Assembly (NCBI RefSeq): GCF_050699995.1
Contig: NZ_JBOHGC010000209.1
Location: 1,597 to 65,596, forward strand
DNA length: 64,000 bases
Source of the DNA: Actinokineospora sp.
Lineage (GTDB): Bacteria > Actinomycetota > Actinomycetes > Mycobacteriales > Pseudonocardiaceae
Direction of reading: 5' to 3'
Shown here: piece after piece, positions 17,400 through 28,300 of the stretch
Layout: the number at the start of each line of letters is the position of its first letter
How positions within the stretch are numbered: the stretch's first letter is position 1
The notes under the pieces: model-generated
What the model saw: only the letters and a program-made list of their open reading frames with translations
Database searches by the model: none
What the model was told of the DNA's origin: nothing
Position numbers and translations under genes: made by a program

Positions 17400-18059
17400 T
17401 CAACTGGACACCGCGACGCCAACATGGTCCCTGGCCCATTCGTTGAACGGCCGCAGCTGACGCCACGCCTTGCGCACGCGGTCGAAGCACGCGCGCTCGT
17501 GCAGGACGTCGTCGGGCTCCCAGACGCGCACCGCGTAGACCGAGCGGTAGCGCAGCAGGTCGATCCGCTCGTGGTCCTTGTCGTATCCGCGCGGAGCGGA
17601 CTTGAGCTGGTCGCCCTTGATCTCCCAGCCCGCCCGCTTCAGCGTGGCCAGGATCGAGCGCAGCCGCTCACCGTGGATCTCCTCGGCGACCCCGGCGCGA
17701 TACCGGGCGAGTTGGTCGGACTCCAGGTGGAAGCAGCCGCCGCCGGTGCGCAGCCCCGCCGGGCTGACCTCGACGTAGTAGGCGCCGCCGCCCCGACCGG
17801 CCTCGATCACACCGCCGCAGTTGGTCTTGTACGGCGTCTTGTCCTTGGCGAAGCGCACGTCGCGGAAGGGCCGGAACACCTTCGGCGCGCCGAACTCGCC
17901 GCCGAACTCCTTCTCCAACTCCCCCAGCAGCGCCTGCATCGGCGCGCGGACGTCGGAGTCGTAGGTCGCCTTGTTGGCGTCCCAGTAGGTCTTGGAGTTG
18001 TCGGCGACCAGGCCGTCGAAGAAGTCGACCGCGTACTCGCCGAACCCTTCGAACCTCAC
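17400..18059 (-). CDS. DUF2461 (TIGR02453) family protein
   Basis: FFDGLVADNSKTYWDANK...FRPFRDVRFAKDKTPYKT. The GTG start overlaps the upstream stop (GTGA). Confidence 0.8.
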   Translation of the reverse strand: MRFEGFGEYAVDFFDGLVADNSKTYWDANKATYDSDVRAPMQALLGELEKEFGGEFGAPKVFRPFRDVRFAKDKTPYKTNCGGVIEAGRGGGAYYVEVSPAGLRTGGGCFHLESDQLARYRAGVAEEIHGERLRSILATLKRAGWEIKGDQLKSAPRGYDKDHERIDLLRYRSVYAVRVWEPDDVLHERACFDRVRKAWRQLRPFNEWARDHVGVAVSS

Positions 18060-18826
18060 ACCCGTTCCTCGGGGGTCAGGTCGTGCGCGCGGCGCAGCCG
18101 GGCCGCGGCCTTCTCGTCGACCTCGTACTCGACGTCGTCGATGACCGAGATCGGCCGGACCGGGCTCAGCGCGTTGGTGGCGAACGCGGCGCGGAAACCG
18201 GACAGCTCCGACATCGCGACCGGCCGCACCTCGTAGTGCAGCCCGCTGCGGTTCATCCCGCTCTGGATAAGGCCCATCGCGATGCCCGGCAGCACCGGCG
18301 CGCTGGGCCAGACGACCTTGTCGCCGTCGAGGAAGCAGATGTTCCAGGTGGAGCCCTCGCACACCTGGCCGTCGGGGTTGACGAACAGCGCGTCGTCGAA
18401 GCCCGCCTTGCGCGCGATGCGGCGCTGGTAGAACAGCCCGAACGTGCCGACGTGCTTGACCTGCGGCAGGTCGCGCTGATAGCCGGCGGTGCGCACGCGC
18501 AGCGGCGGGGCGTCGTCGGGCGGGAGTTCGCCGAGGGTCACGACGACGTCCGGCTCCACCTCGGCCTCCGGCACCCGCGGGTCGAACTTGGGGCCGAAGA
18601 CGTTGGCACGCGCGTAAACCGCCTGCGTGCGCCCTTCGATCGCGCGCCGGAGCTCGGCGCGGACCAGGTCCTCGGCGATCCCGAGCCCGAACACCACACG
18701 GGCGTCGCGGTCGAGTCGTTCGAGGTGCCGGGCGAGGCCGCGGACCCGGCCGCGGTCGACCCGCATCGAGGTGAAGTGTCCGTAGTTCACCAGGGCCATC
18801 GACTGGAGATCATCTTGCGCGCTCAT
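18056..18826 (-). CDS. class IV aminotransferase (branched-chain/aminodeoxychorismate lyase-like)
   Basis: ATG 18826 (MSAQDD). The fold-type IV pattern includes VKHVGTFGLFYQRR and EGSTWNICFL. Confidence 0.75.
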   Translation of the reverse strand: MSAQDDLQSMALVNYGHFTSMRVDRGRVRGLARHLERLDRDARVVFGLGIAEDLVRAELRRAIEGRTQAVYARANVFGPKFDPRVPEAEVEPDVVVTLGELPPDDAPPLRVRTAGYQRDLPQVKHVGTFGLFYQRRIARKAGFDDALFVNPDGQVCEGSTWNICFLDGDKVVWPSAPVLPGIAMGLIQSGMNRSGLHYEVRPVAMSELSGFRAAFATNALSPVRPISVIDDVEYEVDEKAAARLRRAHDLTPEERV

Positions 18827-18894
18827 CGCCTGCAGTCTCGCATGCCCGGCAAGGAACACGGCCCCGCGGACCACCCCCGCGGGACCGTGTCGCG

Positions 18895-19827
18895 TCAGCT
18901 CGCCTGCGCGGTGTTGTAGAGGTTCTGCGCGTCGGCCCCGAAATACGGGCCGAACATCCAGTTCGGGAAGAAATTGATCTTGTAGCTGTTGACCGAGTTC
19001 TGCACGCCGACGCCGGTTCCCTCGACGAACGACTTGAACCACGGGCCGCCGCTGGACCCGCCGGTCATGTTGCAGGTCATGCCGATCCCGTTGCTGAGGA
19101 ACGCCGAGAACGTCCCACCCGAACAGTAGATCAACTTGCTGCCGTCGTACGGCGCCGCGGCCGGGTAGCCGAAGGCGTACATGTTCTGCGACTTGGGCTG
19201 GTTGAACGCGATCCCCTGTGCCCCAACGACATCGGTCAGGCTCTGGCCGTTGAGCGGGTTGACGACGGCGGCGCCGACATCGTAGTTGATGTCCTCACTG
19301 GCGTTCCACTGCGGCGTGACCATCGTCGCCTTGGCCGTCCACGTGCCGTACGGCGCGTTTCCGTCGTTGTAGCCAGGAACGAACACGAAGTTCGTGTGGT
19401 AGGCGCCGTCGAGCTTGACGCAGTGCCCGGCGGTCATGACCGTGCTCTTGTTGGCGCTGGTCACCGCGTTGCCGCTGCAAGAGGCGTTTCGGCCCTGGTA
19501 GGTGAAGAACACCCGACCCACGGTCTTCACGACCGACCCGGCCCCGGTCCACGCGCTGCCGCCGTTGGGGTAGGCGGTCGGCGAGATCACCCGCGGCAGG
19601 CCTTTGGCGACTGTGGACACCAGCCGGGAGGCGTCCACGGTGAGCGCGTCGAGCGGGACGGCCTCGCGCATCGCCTTCGCCGTCCAGTGGGCGGCGACCG
19701 CGCGCGCCTCCGCGGCGGTGTCGGCGGCGAGGTTGACCGCGGGAGCGGCGGTCGCGCTGGGAGCGAACAGGATGGACGAGACGAGCGCGGCGGCGGCAAC
19801 AGCAGCCCGGACCAGATGTCGGTTCAT
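18895..19827 (-). CDS. secreted trypsin-like (S1 family) serine protease
   Basis: Signal peptide ending SATAAP. Catalytic His context TAGHCV and Ser context GGSSGGPWF. Confidence 0.8.
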   Translation of the reverse strand: MNRHLVRAAVAAAALVSSILFAPSATAAPAVNLAADTAAEARAVAAHWTAKAMREAVPLDALTVDASRLVSTVAKGLPRVISPTAYPNGGSAWTGAGSVVKTVGRVFFTYQGRNASCSGNAVTSANKSTVMTAGHCVKLDGAYHTNFVFVPGYNDGNAPYGTWTAKATMVTPQWNASEDINYDVGAAVVNPLNGQSLTDVVGAQGIAFNQPKSQNMYAFGYPAAAPYDGSKLIYCSGGTFSAFLSNGIGMTCNMTGGSSGGPWFKSFVEGTGVGVQNSVNSYKINFFPNWMFGPYFGADAQNLYNTAQAS

Positions 19828-19929
19828 GAGCACGGCCCTTCACGTGGCGTGAATCATCAACAGGGTCACCGAGTTGAAAGTTACTCAGATTCCCGCCGCG
19901 ACAGATCTGGCTTCCGGGTGAACTTCGAG

Positions 19930-20154
19930 CTACCAGCCGAGCTCGCCCACCGCGGCCGCCAGCGCGGTCGCGGCTTCCGGACACCACTCGGTCTTGTCCG
20001 ACGCGACCGCCCGCAAGTCGATCGCGACACCGTCGATGTCGACCCGGACGTCGCAGGCGTACTCCATCTCTTCCACGACGACGCCCTTACGGCCACCGAC
20101 GTCGACGGCGCGCTTGCCCTCGACCGGCGCGGCCTTCGTGAGCGACAGCCACAC
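19930..20154 (-). CDS. hypothetical small protein (74 aa)
   Basis: GTG-initiated ORF between the protease and the lipase. No recognisable family. The frame stays open upstream without an earlier start codon, so it may be a remnant. Confidence 0.2.
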   Translation of the reverse strand: MWLSLTKAAPVEGKRAVDVGGRKGVVVEEMEYACDVRVDIDGVAIDLRAVASDKTEWCPEAATALAAAVGELGW

Positions 20155-20433
20155 GCCGCGGAACTCCCCGTCACCCCACGCGCACGCCGCACCCTCGCGC
20201 CGGGGCGCGGGCGGCGTGTGGAATCCGGCACGGTCTCATTGCCGGAACGTTCCCCCGCCGTCAACGATCGCGAGTTTGGGACGGCCGACCCGGCCAGACC
20301 CGCTTCCTTAGCTTGACGAACAGCGGGAACAGTCCGCGCGAACAAAGAACGTTGACACCTCATGGGAAGCAGCTCACAGTCAGGAAACGGGTTACTCGCC
20401 GGTAACCGTCCCTGCCGTCTCCAGGAGATCACT

Positions 20434-21663
20434 GTGACGTTTCGTCTCTCCCGCCGCTTAGGGGTGTTGGCCGTCGCCGCGGGCGTGGCCGCCGCCGGGC
20501 TGTTGGCCATCCCGAGCGCGAGCGCCCAGCCGTTCTACGAGACCCCGACGACCCTGCCCGCCAACAACGGCGACATCATCCGCAGCGAGCCGTCGATCTT
20601 CTACCTGGACCCGATCAAGCTCATCAAGATCGACGCCAATGTGCAGCGGATCCTGTACCGCTCCACCGACCGCACCGGCAAGCCGATCGCGGTCAGCGGC
20701 ACGGTGATCACGCCTAAGTCCGCGTGGTTCGGCGTCGGCGAGCGGCCGATCGTCGGGTACGCGGCGGGCACCCAGGGGCTCGCCGACCACTGCGCGCCGT
20801 CGCGGCAGCTGACGGTGGGCAGCGAGTACGAGGGCCCGTTCGTGCTGGGCCTGATCACCCGCGGCTACGCCGTCGCCCTCACCGACTACCAGGGCCTCGG
20901 CACCGACGGAATGCACACGTACATGAACCGCGTCGTGCAGGGCCACGCGGTCCTCGACTCGATCCGGGCGGCCCAGCGGCTGCCCGCGGCCGGGGTCCCG
21001 GCGAACGGGCCGGTCGCGGTTCACGGGTACTCCCAGGGTGGTGGCGCGGCGGCGGCGGCGGCCGAGCTGGCCCCGACCTACGCGCCGGAGCTCAAGCTCA
21101 AGGGTGTGTCGATGGGCGCGGTGCCCGCCGAGCTGTCCGCGGTCGCCCGGACCCTCGACGGCAGCCTGTACATGGCGTTCCTCGGCTACGCGACGTCCGG
21201 CTTGGCCGCGGGCTACGGCATCGACATGGGCCCGTACCTCAACGCCACCGGCAAGCAGGTCTTCGCCGACGTCGCGGGCAAGTGCACGCTGGAGGCTCTG
21301 CCCGCGGCGGCGTTCAGGAAGTCGGCGACCCTGACCGCCGACGGCAAGCCGATCACCGATCTGCTGGCGAACAACGCGCTGTTCAAGACCGTGATCGACG
21401 AGCAGCGGATCGGCCGGATCAAGCCGACCGGCCCGGTGCTCATCTCGCACAGCGCGCTCGACGACGTCATCCCGTACAGCGTCGGCAAGACCCTGGCGTC
21501 CGACTGGTGCGACAAGGGCGCCAACGTCCGGCTCGCCCCGAACCTGGGCCCGACCCACGTCGGCGGCGCGGTCGCGAGCTACCCGGGTGCGTTCGCCTGG
21601 CTGGAAGCCCGCTTCGCCGGGCTGCCCGCACTGTCGAACTGCTGGGCGGTGCCGTTCCTGTGA
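20434..21663 (+). CDS. secretory lipase family (LIP-type) alpha/beta hydrolase
   Basis: GGAGA precedes GTG 20434. Signal peptide ends SASAQP. Nucleophile elbow is HGYSQGG. The N-terminal region is typical of secretory lipases. Confidence 0.8.
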   Translation: MTFRLSRRLGVLAVAAGVAAAGLLAIPSASAQPFYETPTTLPANNGDIIRSEPSIFYLDPIKLIKIDANVQRILYRSTDRTGKPIAVSGTVITPKSAWFGVGERPIVGYAAGTQGLADHCAPSRQLTVGSEYEGPFVLGLITRGYAVALTDYQGLGTDGMHTYMNRVVQGHAVLDSIRAAQRLPAAGVPANGPVAVHGYSQGGGAAAAAAELAPTYAPELKLKGVSMGAVPAELSAVARTLDGSLYMAFLGYATSGLAAGYGIDMGPYLNATGKQVFADVAGKCTLEALPAAAFRKSATLTADGKPITDLLANNALFKTVIDEQRIGRIKPTGPVLISHSALDDVIPYSVGKTLASDWCDKGANVRLAPNLGPTHVGGAVASYPGAFAWLEARFAGLPALSNCWAVPFL

Positions 21664-23157
21664 CTACCTGCACAGCGTGCCCATGAGGTCCTGTGGGCCG
21701 TCGACACAAGGGACGTATCCGGCGCGGCGAAGGATGTTCTTCGCCGCGTCGGAGTTCATGTACTCCAGCAGCGAGTCCACGAGCCTGCCGTTCTGCGGCG
21801 GGCCGTAGGTGTAGAGGTACTCGACCGCCCAGAACGGGTAGCCGCGCTTGATCACCGCGTCGAGGTCCGGGTCGCGGTCGTCGAGCTTGACGCGGTTGAG
21901 GTTGGTGTACTTCGTCGTCGCGCTGACCTCGGCGTAGCCGATGGCGCCGGGCAGCCGGTCGACCTCGTCGAGCTGCGCGGCGGTCGAGTCGTACTCGCAG
22001 CGGGTCACCTTCGCGGTCGGGTCGCGGTCGCGGCGGACGCAGTCGTTGGACGATAAGCCGGGTTCCGGCCTGCCTAATACCTTCTCCTCGAACGCCAGCC
22101 GGGTGCCCGAGCCGCCACCGCGGCTGACGACGCTGATCGGCAGGTCCGGGCCGCCGAGCTGGTTCCAGTTCGTCACGTCCCCGCCGAAGATCGCCTTGAC
22201 CTGGTCGCCCGTGAGCGCGTGCCGCCCGGTGGCCTTGTTGACCACGATCGAGAACGCCACGACGCCGACCGGGTGCGGGGTCAGGTTGTGGTAGTTGCGC
22301 GACGCGGGCCCGTCGGACATCACGATGCGTGCCTCGCGCTGCGCCGGGTCGTTGCGGGCGACGTTGTCGAGTTCGCGCAGCCCGTCGAGGCTGCCACGGC
22401 CCTGCACGGTGACGGCCGCCGAATCGCACTGCTTCAGGTAGGCGTCCACGATGTCCTTGGCAACCGGGTCGAACGCGCTCGAACCGGTGATCTTGACTTC
22501 GCCCGCCGCGCAGGTCGTCGGCCGCGGACTCCACGGACTGCTGATCAGCAGCGCGAGGGACGCTCCCACGAGGAGCATTGCGATGCCGCTGAGCACCACA
22601 CTCCGTTTGCTGGGCCCGTTTCCGGTCGTCGTGTCCCGGACGATCTTCCCGCCGCTGAGGAACCCGACGCACGCGACGGCGGACTTCGGCTCCGGCTTGC
22701 CGGTCAGCAGCACCAGCACCTTGATCCGGTTCTTGCGGTTGAGCGGGACTTTGGGCAGCACCAACTCGGTGTCCCCCACCGGCGGCCACGACTTGTCGCG
22801 GGCGACGATCCGCATGAGCGTGTCGTCGGCCTCGATCACCTTCGCGTCGACCACCCGCCTGCCGCCGAACTCCAGCGTCAGCGGCTCACGGAAGTCGTCC
22901 TCGCGGATCTCCAGGCTGCCGGTGTTCATGATGCGCACCAGCGCGAAGCTCGGCTCCTTGACGACCTCGCCCTGGTATCGCCACTCGACTTCGATCTCGC
23001 CGCCGTGCGTGGGCGTCACCCCGACCGGAGTGTCCAAATGGACCCGATAGCTGATGCGCTTTCGCTTGAGCCACAACGCGGCCAGATAACCGACCACCGA
23101 AGCCGCGAGTCCCGCGAGTCCGACCGTCGCTTCCAGATTGTTCGACACCCAGGACAT
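21664..23157 (-). CDS. membrane protein: TM - unknown domain - TM - PstS-like periplasmic binding domain
   Basis: AAGGAGG lies 10 nt before ATG 23157. Two hydrophobic segments are present (VGLAGLAASVVGYLAALWL and VVLSGIAMLLVGASLALLI). The C-terminal PBP-like region includes SRGGGSGTRLAFEEKVLG and GYPFWAVEYLYTY. Confidence 0.7.
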   Translation of the reverse strand: MSWVSNNLEATVGLAGLAASVVGYLAALWLKRKRISYRVHLDTPVGVTPTHGGEIEVEWRYQGEVVKEPSFALVRIMNTGSLEIREDDFREPLTLEFGGRRVVDAKVIEADDTLMRIVARDKSWPPVGDTELVLPKVPLNRKNRIKVLVLLTGKPEPKSAVACVGFLSGGKIVRDTTTGNGPSKRSVVLSGIAMLLVGASLALLISSPWSPRPTTCAAGEVKITGSSAFDPVAKDIVDAYLKQCDSAAVTVQGRGSLDGLRELDNVARNDPAQREARIVMSDGPASRNYHNLTPHPVGVVAFSIVVNKATGRHALTGDQVKAIFGGDVTNWNQLGGPDLPISVVSRGGGSGTRLAFEEKVLGRPEPGLSSNDCVRRDRDPTAKVTRCEYDSTAAQLDEVDRLPGAIGYAEVSATTKYTNLNRVKLDDRDPDLDAVIKRGYPFWAVEYLYTYGPPQNGRLVDSLLEYMNSDAAKNILRRAGYVPCVDGPQDLMGTLCR

Positions 23158-23253
23158 CGCAGGCGCCACCTCCTTGGCACACCGTAGAAAGCACGGCCTG
23201 CCAAGAAGATCGGCTTCACCCGACGTTCGCCGGATGTTCAGCGCACCGCGCGG

Positions 23254-23766
23254 TCAGTAGACCAAGTGCCAGCGGGGCGGTTCACCCGGACTGGCGCTGC
23301 GGCACACCACCGCGCGGAAACCCACGAACGCGAGCTCCCCTGGGGTGTCGCACTCTTCGCCGACGGTGACGGTGTCCGGCGCCGGCTTCTTCGTCTTGGT
23401 GGGACGCCCAGTGGTTGTGGTCGTGGTGGGGACGACCGACGCGGGTGGGCCCGCGAGGACGGTCGACGCGATCGGCGGCGGTGGCAGCGAGACCACCGAC
23501 TCCGCGCGCGGACTGCCCTGCCGCGTGGTCGTCGTGGGCGTGGTGGTGACCGGCCTTCGCGTGTCGGCGCCCGCGGGCTGCGGCCGGGGACCGTCGGACA
23601 TCACCGACACGACCCCGGCGACGATCCCCAGCGCGACGACGAAAGCGCCGATCTTGAGGCCGAGCAGCACCCCGTCACGCTTCTCCGGCTTGCGGTGGCG
23701 GGCGCGGGGCGCTCTGTCGGGCTCAGGCGTGCCGCCGTCCTCGACGGGCGGTATCACCGTGGACAT
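23254..23766 (-). CDS. single-pass membrane protein with Pro/Thr-rich extracellular region
   Basis: TM LLGLKIGAFVVALGIVAGVVSV, TTTPTTTT and TTTTTT tracts, and a C-terminal Cys pair. Confidence 0.5.
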   Translation of the reverse strand: MSTVIPPVEDGGTPEPDRAPRARHRKPEKRDGVLLGLKIGAFVVALGIVAGVVSVMSDGPRPQPAGADTRRPVTTTPTTTTRQGSPRAESVVSLPPPPIASTVLAGPPASVVPTTTTTTGRPTKTKKPAPDTVTVGEECDTPGELAFVGFRAVVCRSASPGEPPRWHLVY

Positions 23767-23870
23767 GGTCCCCCGAGTACGCGATGGTCAATTTGGTTTC
23801 AAGACCATAACGCACCGCTGTGCCTGCTTGGCAATACCACGATGTTGTGACACGCACCGTCACTCAGGGT

Positions 23871-25370
23871 TTAACGCACCATGAGTGGAAGTGCCGTCGG
23901 GTGCACCGGGGAGGGCAACTCGGACGCCCCGGTGAGGTAGGTGTCGACCGCGTGCGCCACCGACCGGCCCTCCGCGATCGCCCACACCACCAGGGACGCG
24001 CCGCGGTGGGCGTCGCCGCAGACGAACACGCCGGGAGCGGTCTGCCAGTCCGGTCCACAGGAGAGCGTTCCGCGCGGGGTCAGCGACAAGCCGAGCGCGC
24101 CGAGCAGCGGCATGTGCTCGACCCCTTCGAAGCCGATGGCCAGCAGGACCATGTCGGCGGGCAGCACGTGCACGTCGTCGGTGACCGGCACGACCTGCCG
24201 GATGCCGTCGATCCGCCGGACCTCGACCTCGCGTAGCTGCACCGAGGTCAGGTTGCCGTCGGAGTCGCCGACGAACCGCTCGACGGCGACGGCGAACCGG
24301 CGGGTTCCGCTCTCCTCGTGCGCCGGGTAGGTCCGCAGGATCCAGGGCCACACCGGCCACGGCGAGACCTCGTCGTCGCGGGTCTCGGGCGGGCGCGGGT
24401 ACTGGTCCAACTGGGTGACCGATACCGCGCCCTGCCGGGTCGCGGTGCCGTAACAGTCGGCCCCGGTGTCGCCGCCGCCGATGATGACCACGTGCTTGCC
24501 GCGCGCGTCGATCGGTGTCGGACCGTCGCCTTCGACCTGTTTGTTGGCGGGTACCAAGTGGTCCGTGGCCAGGTGCACGCCGCGCAAGTCGCGCCCGGGC
24601 ACCTCCGGCGCGTCCCGGCCGCGCAGCGCGCCGACGGCCAGCACGACCGCCGCGTGCCGCTCGCGCAACTGCTCCACGGTCAGGTCGACACCGACCTCGC
24701 AGCCGGTGACGAACCTCGTGCCCTCGGCCCGTAGCTGGGCGAGCCTGCGGTCGAGGACGCGCTTCTCCATCTTGAACTCGGGGATGCCGTAGCGCAGCAG
24801 CCCGCCGAGGCGGTCGTCCCGCTCGTACACCGTGACGTCGTGGCCGGCCCGGGTGAGCTGCTGGGCGGCGGCCAGACCGGCGGGGCCGGAGCCCACCACG
24901 GCGACCGAGCGGCCGGAGGACACAGTGGACACCTGGGGCTTGACGTCGCCGCGTTCCCAGGCGACGTCGGCGATGGTGTTCTCCACCCGCTTGATCGTCA
25001 CCGCTCCCCCGGCGTCCGGGGTGATCGCCAGCACGCACGCCGACTCACAGGGCGCCGGGCACAGCCTGCCGGTGAACTCCGGGAAGTTGTTGGTGGCGTG
25101 CAGCCGCTCACCCGCGAGCGCCCAGTCGCCCTGGCGGACGAGGTCGTTCCACTCGGGGATCAGGTTCCCCAGTGGACAGCCCGCGCTCACCGAGTGGCAG
25201 AACGGGATGCCGCAGTCCATGCAGCGGCTCGCCTGCTCGCGAACCTGCTTGTCGCGGCAGGCCGGGTCCTGGTCGGCGTAGACCTCGCGCCAGTCACCGA
25301 GCCGCTCGGCCACCGGCCGCTTCGGCGCGTCCTTGCGCGGTTGCTTGAGGAAACCGGTCGGATCAGCCAC
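23871..25370 (-). CDS. gltD: glutamate synthase small subunit
   Basis: Fe-S Cys cluster region (CMDCGIPFC), two GxGxxG dinucleotide folds ([23 protein letters not shown]). Overlaps gltB by 8 nt. Confidence 0.9.
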   Translation of the reverse strand: MADPTGFLKQPRKDAPKRPVAERLGDWREVYADQDPACRDKQVREQASRCMDCGIPFCHSVSAGCPLGNLIPEWNDLVRQGDWALAGERLHATNNFPEFTGRLCPAPCESACVLAITPDAGGAVTIKRVENTIADVAWERGDVKPQVSTVSSGRSVAVVGSGPAGLAAAQQLTRAGHDVTVYERDDRLGGLLRYGIPEFKMEKRVLDRRLAQLRAEGTRFVTGCEVGVDLTVEQLRERHAAVVLAVGALRGRDAPEVPGRDLRGVHLATDHLVPANKQVEGDGPTPIDARGKHVVIIGGGDTGADCYGTATRQGAVSVTQLDQYPRPPETRDDEVSPWPVWPWILRTYPAHEESGTRRFAVAVERFVGDSDGNLTSVQLREVEVRRIDGIRQVVPVTDDVHVLPADMVLLAIGFEGVEHMPLLGALGLSLTPRGTLSCGPDWQTAPGVFVCGDAHRGASLVVWAIAEGRSVAHAVDTYLTGASELPSPVHPTALPLMVR

Positions 25371-28300
25371 GGGACGCCTCCATCACGGCTTCGTCGACAT
25401 CGCGGCCCTCGACCCGGGCGATCCGCATCGCCTCCAGCACCCGCTGGTAGTCGCGCGGCATGACCTTGGCGAACGCGGCGGCGCGGCGGGTCCAGTCGCC
25501 CAGCAGCGACGCGGCGACCGCGGAGCCGGTGGCCTTGTGGTGTTTGACCACGATCTCGCGCAGCCAGCGCAGGTCGTCGAAGCCGGGGCGCTGGATCTCG
25601 ACCATCGCCGGGTTGACCTTCGCCGGGTCGAGGGCGAGCACGTATCCGATGCCGCCGGACATGCCCGCCGCGAGGTTGCGCCCGGTCTTGCCGAGCACGA
25701 CCGCCCGACCGCCGGTCATGTACTCGAAGGCGTGGTCGCCCACACCCTCGGCGACGATCACCGCGCCGGAGTTGCGCACCCCGAACCGCTCCCCCACGCA
25801 GCCGCGCAGGAACACCTCGCCTGACGTGGCGCCGTAGGCGATCACGTTGCCCGCGATGACTTGGCGCTCGGCGGCGAACGGGGCCTCCGGGTGCGGGCGG
25901 ACGATGATCCGGCCGCCCGAGAGCCCCTTGCCCACGTAGTCGTTGGCGTCGCCGACCAGGTCCAGGGTGATTCCCTTGGGCAGGAAGGCGCCGAGCGACT
26001 GGCCCGCGGAGCCGGTCAGTGTCACGTGGACGGTGTCCTCGGACAGGGTGTCGCCGTAGCGGCGGGTGATCTCCGCGCCGAGCAGGGTCCCGACCGTGCG
26101 GTTGACGTTGCGCACGGGCAGTTCCAGCCGCACCGGCAAGGCGTCCTCCAGCGCGGGCTCGGCCAGCCGCATGATCGTCCGGTCCAGTGCCCCGGCCAGG
26201 CCGTGGTCTTGCGCCCGAACGCGCCTGCGCGCCCCGCTCACGGGCGGCACCTCGAAGACCGGGGCGAGGTTCATGCCCTCGGTCTTCCAGTGCGACACCG
26301 CTTCGTCGACGTCGAGCAGTTCGGCGTGGCCGACGGCGTCGTCGATGGTGCGGAAACCCAGCGCGGCGAGGTGTTCGCGGACTTCCTCGGCGACGAACCG
26401 GAAGTAGTTGACGACGTGCTCGGCCTGGCCGGTGTAGCGCTTGCGCAGCACCGGGTTCTGCGTGGCGACACCGACCGGGCAGGTGTCGAGGTGGCAGACG
26501 CGCATCATCACGCAGCCCGCGACGATCAGCGGCGCGGTGGCGAAGCCGAACTCCTCGGCGCCCAGCAGCGCCGCCACGATGACGTCGCGGCCGTTCTTGA
26601 GCGCACCGTCGACCTGCACGGTGATCCGGTCGCGCAGGCCGTTGAGCATGAGCGTCTGCTGGGTCTCGGCGAGGCCGATCTCCCAGGGCGTGCCCGCGTG
26701 CTTCAGCGAGTTGAGCGGTGAGGCGCCGGTGCCGCCGTCATGTCCGGAGATCAGCACGACGTCCGCGTGTGCCTTCGACACACCTGCCGCGACCGTTCCG
26801 ACGCCTGCCTCGCTGACCAGCTTGACGTGGACGCGGGCGTTCTCGTTGGCGTTCTTCAGGTCGTGGATGAGCTGGGCCAGGTCTTCGATCGAGTAGATGT
26901 CGTGGTGCGGCGGCGGCGAGATCAGCCCGACCCCCGCGGTGGAGTGCCGGGTGCGGGCGATCCACGGGTAGACCTTGTTCGGCGGAAGCTGGCCGCCCTC
27001 ACCGGGTTTCGCGCCCTGGGCCATCTTGATCTGGATGTCGTCGGCGTGCACGAGGTACTCGCTGGTGACGCCGAACCGTCCACTCGCGACCTGCTTGATC
27101 GCCGAGCGCCTGCGCGGGTCATGCAGGCGGTCGGGGTCCTCTCCGCCCTCACCGGTGTTGGACCGGCCGCCGATGCTGTTCATCGCGATGGCGAGCGTCT
27201 CGTGCGCCTCGGCGGAGATCGAGCCGTAGGACATGGCGCCGGTGTTGAACCGGCGCAGGATCGACTCGACCGGCTCGACCTCATCGATCGGGATCGGCGT
27301 GCGGCCCTCGGTCCTCAGCGCGAACATCCCGCGCAGCGCGCCGCCCTCGCGGTTGAGCCGGTCGACCTCGGCGGAGTACTCGCGGTAGACGTCCTCGCGA
27401 CCGGTCTTCGTCGCGTGCTGCAACAGGAAGACCGTCTCCGGTGTGAACAGGTGCAGTTCGCCCTCGCGGCGGTAGGCGTACTCCCCGCCGACCTCCAGCC
27501 GCCGGTAGACGCGGTCGGTCGGGTTCTCCGGGTGGGCCCGGCGGTGCCTGCTCTGGGCCTCGCGGGCGATCACGTCCAGGCCGACGCCGCCGAGCTTGGA
27601 CAGCGTGCCGGTGAAGTACTCGTCGAGCAGGTCTTGGGCCAAGCCGAACGACTCGAAGACCTGCGCGGCGGTGTAGGCGCCGACGGTCGAGATGCCCATC
27701 TTGGACATGATCTTGAGGACACCCTTGACCAGCGCCTGCACGTACCGGCGGATCGCGGTGCGCGGCTCGACGCCGGTGATGGCGCCGTGGGTGATCAGGT
27801 CCTCGATCGTCTCGAAGGCCAGGTACGGGTTGACCGCCGCCGCTCCGTAGCCCAGCAACAGGGCGATGTGGTGCACCTCGCGGGCGTCGCCGCTCTCCAC
27901 GACCAGCGCGACCCGCAGCCGCTCCTTGGTGCGCACCAAGTGGTGGTGCACCGCGGAGACCAGCAGCAGCGACGGAATCGGCGCCATCCGGTGATCGGAG
28001 TCGCGGTCGGAGAGCACGAGGATGCGTGCGCCCGCCTCGATCGCCGCGGACGCCTCACGGCGGACGCGTTCGATGGCCGACGCGAGCGCCGCTCCTTCGC
28101 CGTCCACCTCGTAGAGTCCACTCAGGACGGTGCTGGCGTAGCCGGGGAGGTCGCCGTCGTCGTTGACGTGGATGAGCTTGGCCAGCTCGTCGTTGTCGAT
28201 GACCGGATACGGGAGCTGGATGTGCCTGCACGAGGCCGGTCCGGGCTCCAGCAAGTTCTGCTCCGGGCCCATGATGCGCCGCACGGAGGTGACGATCTCC

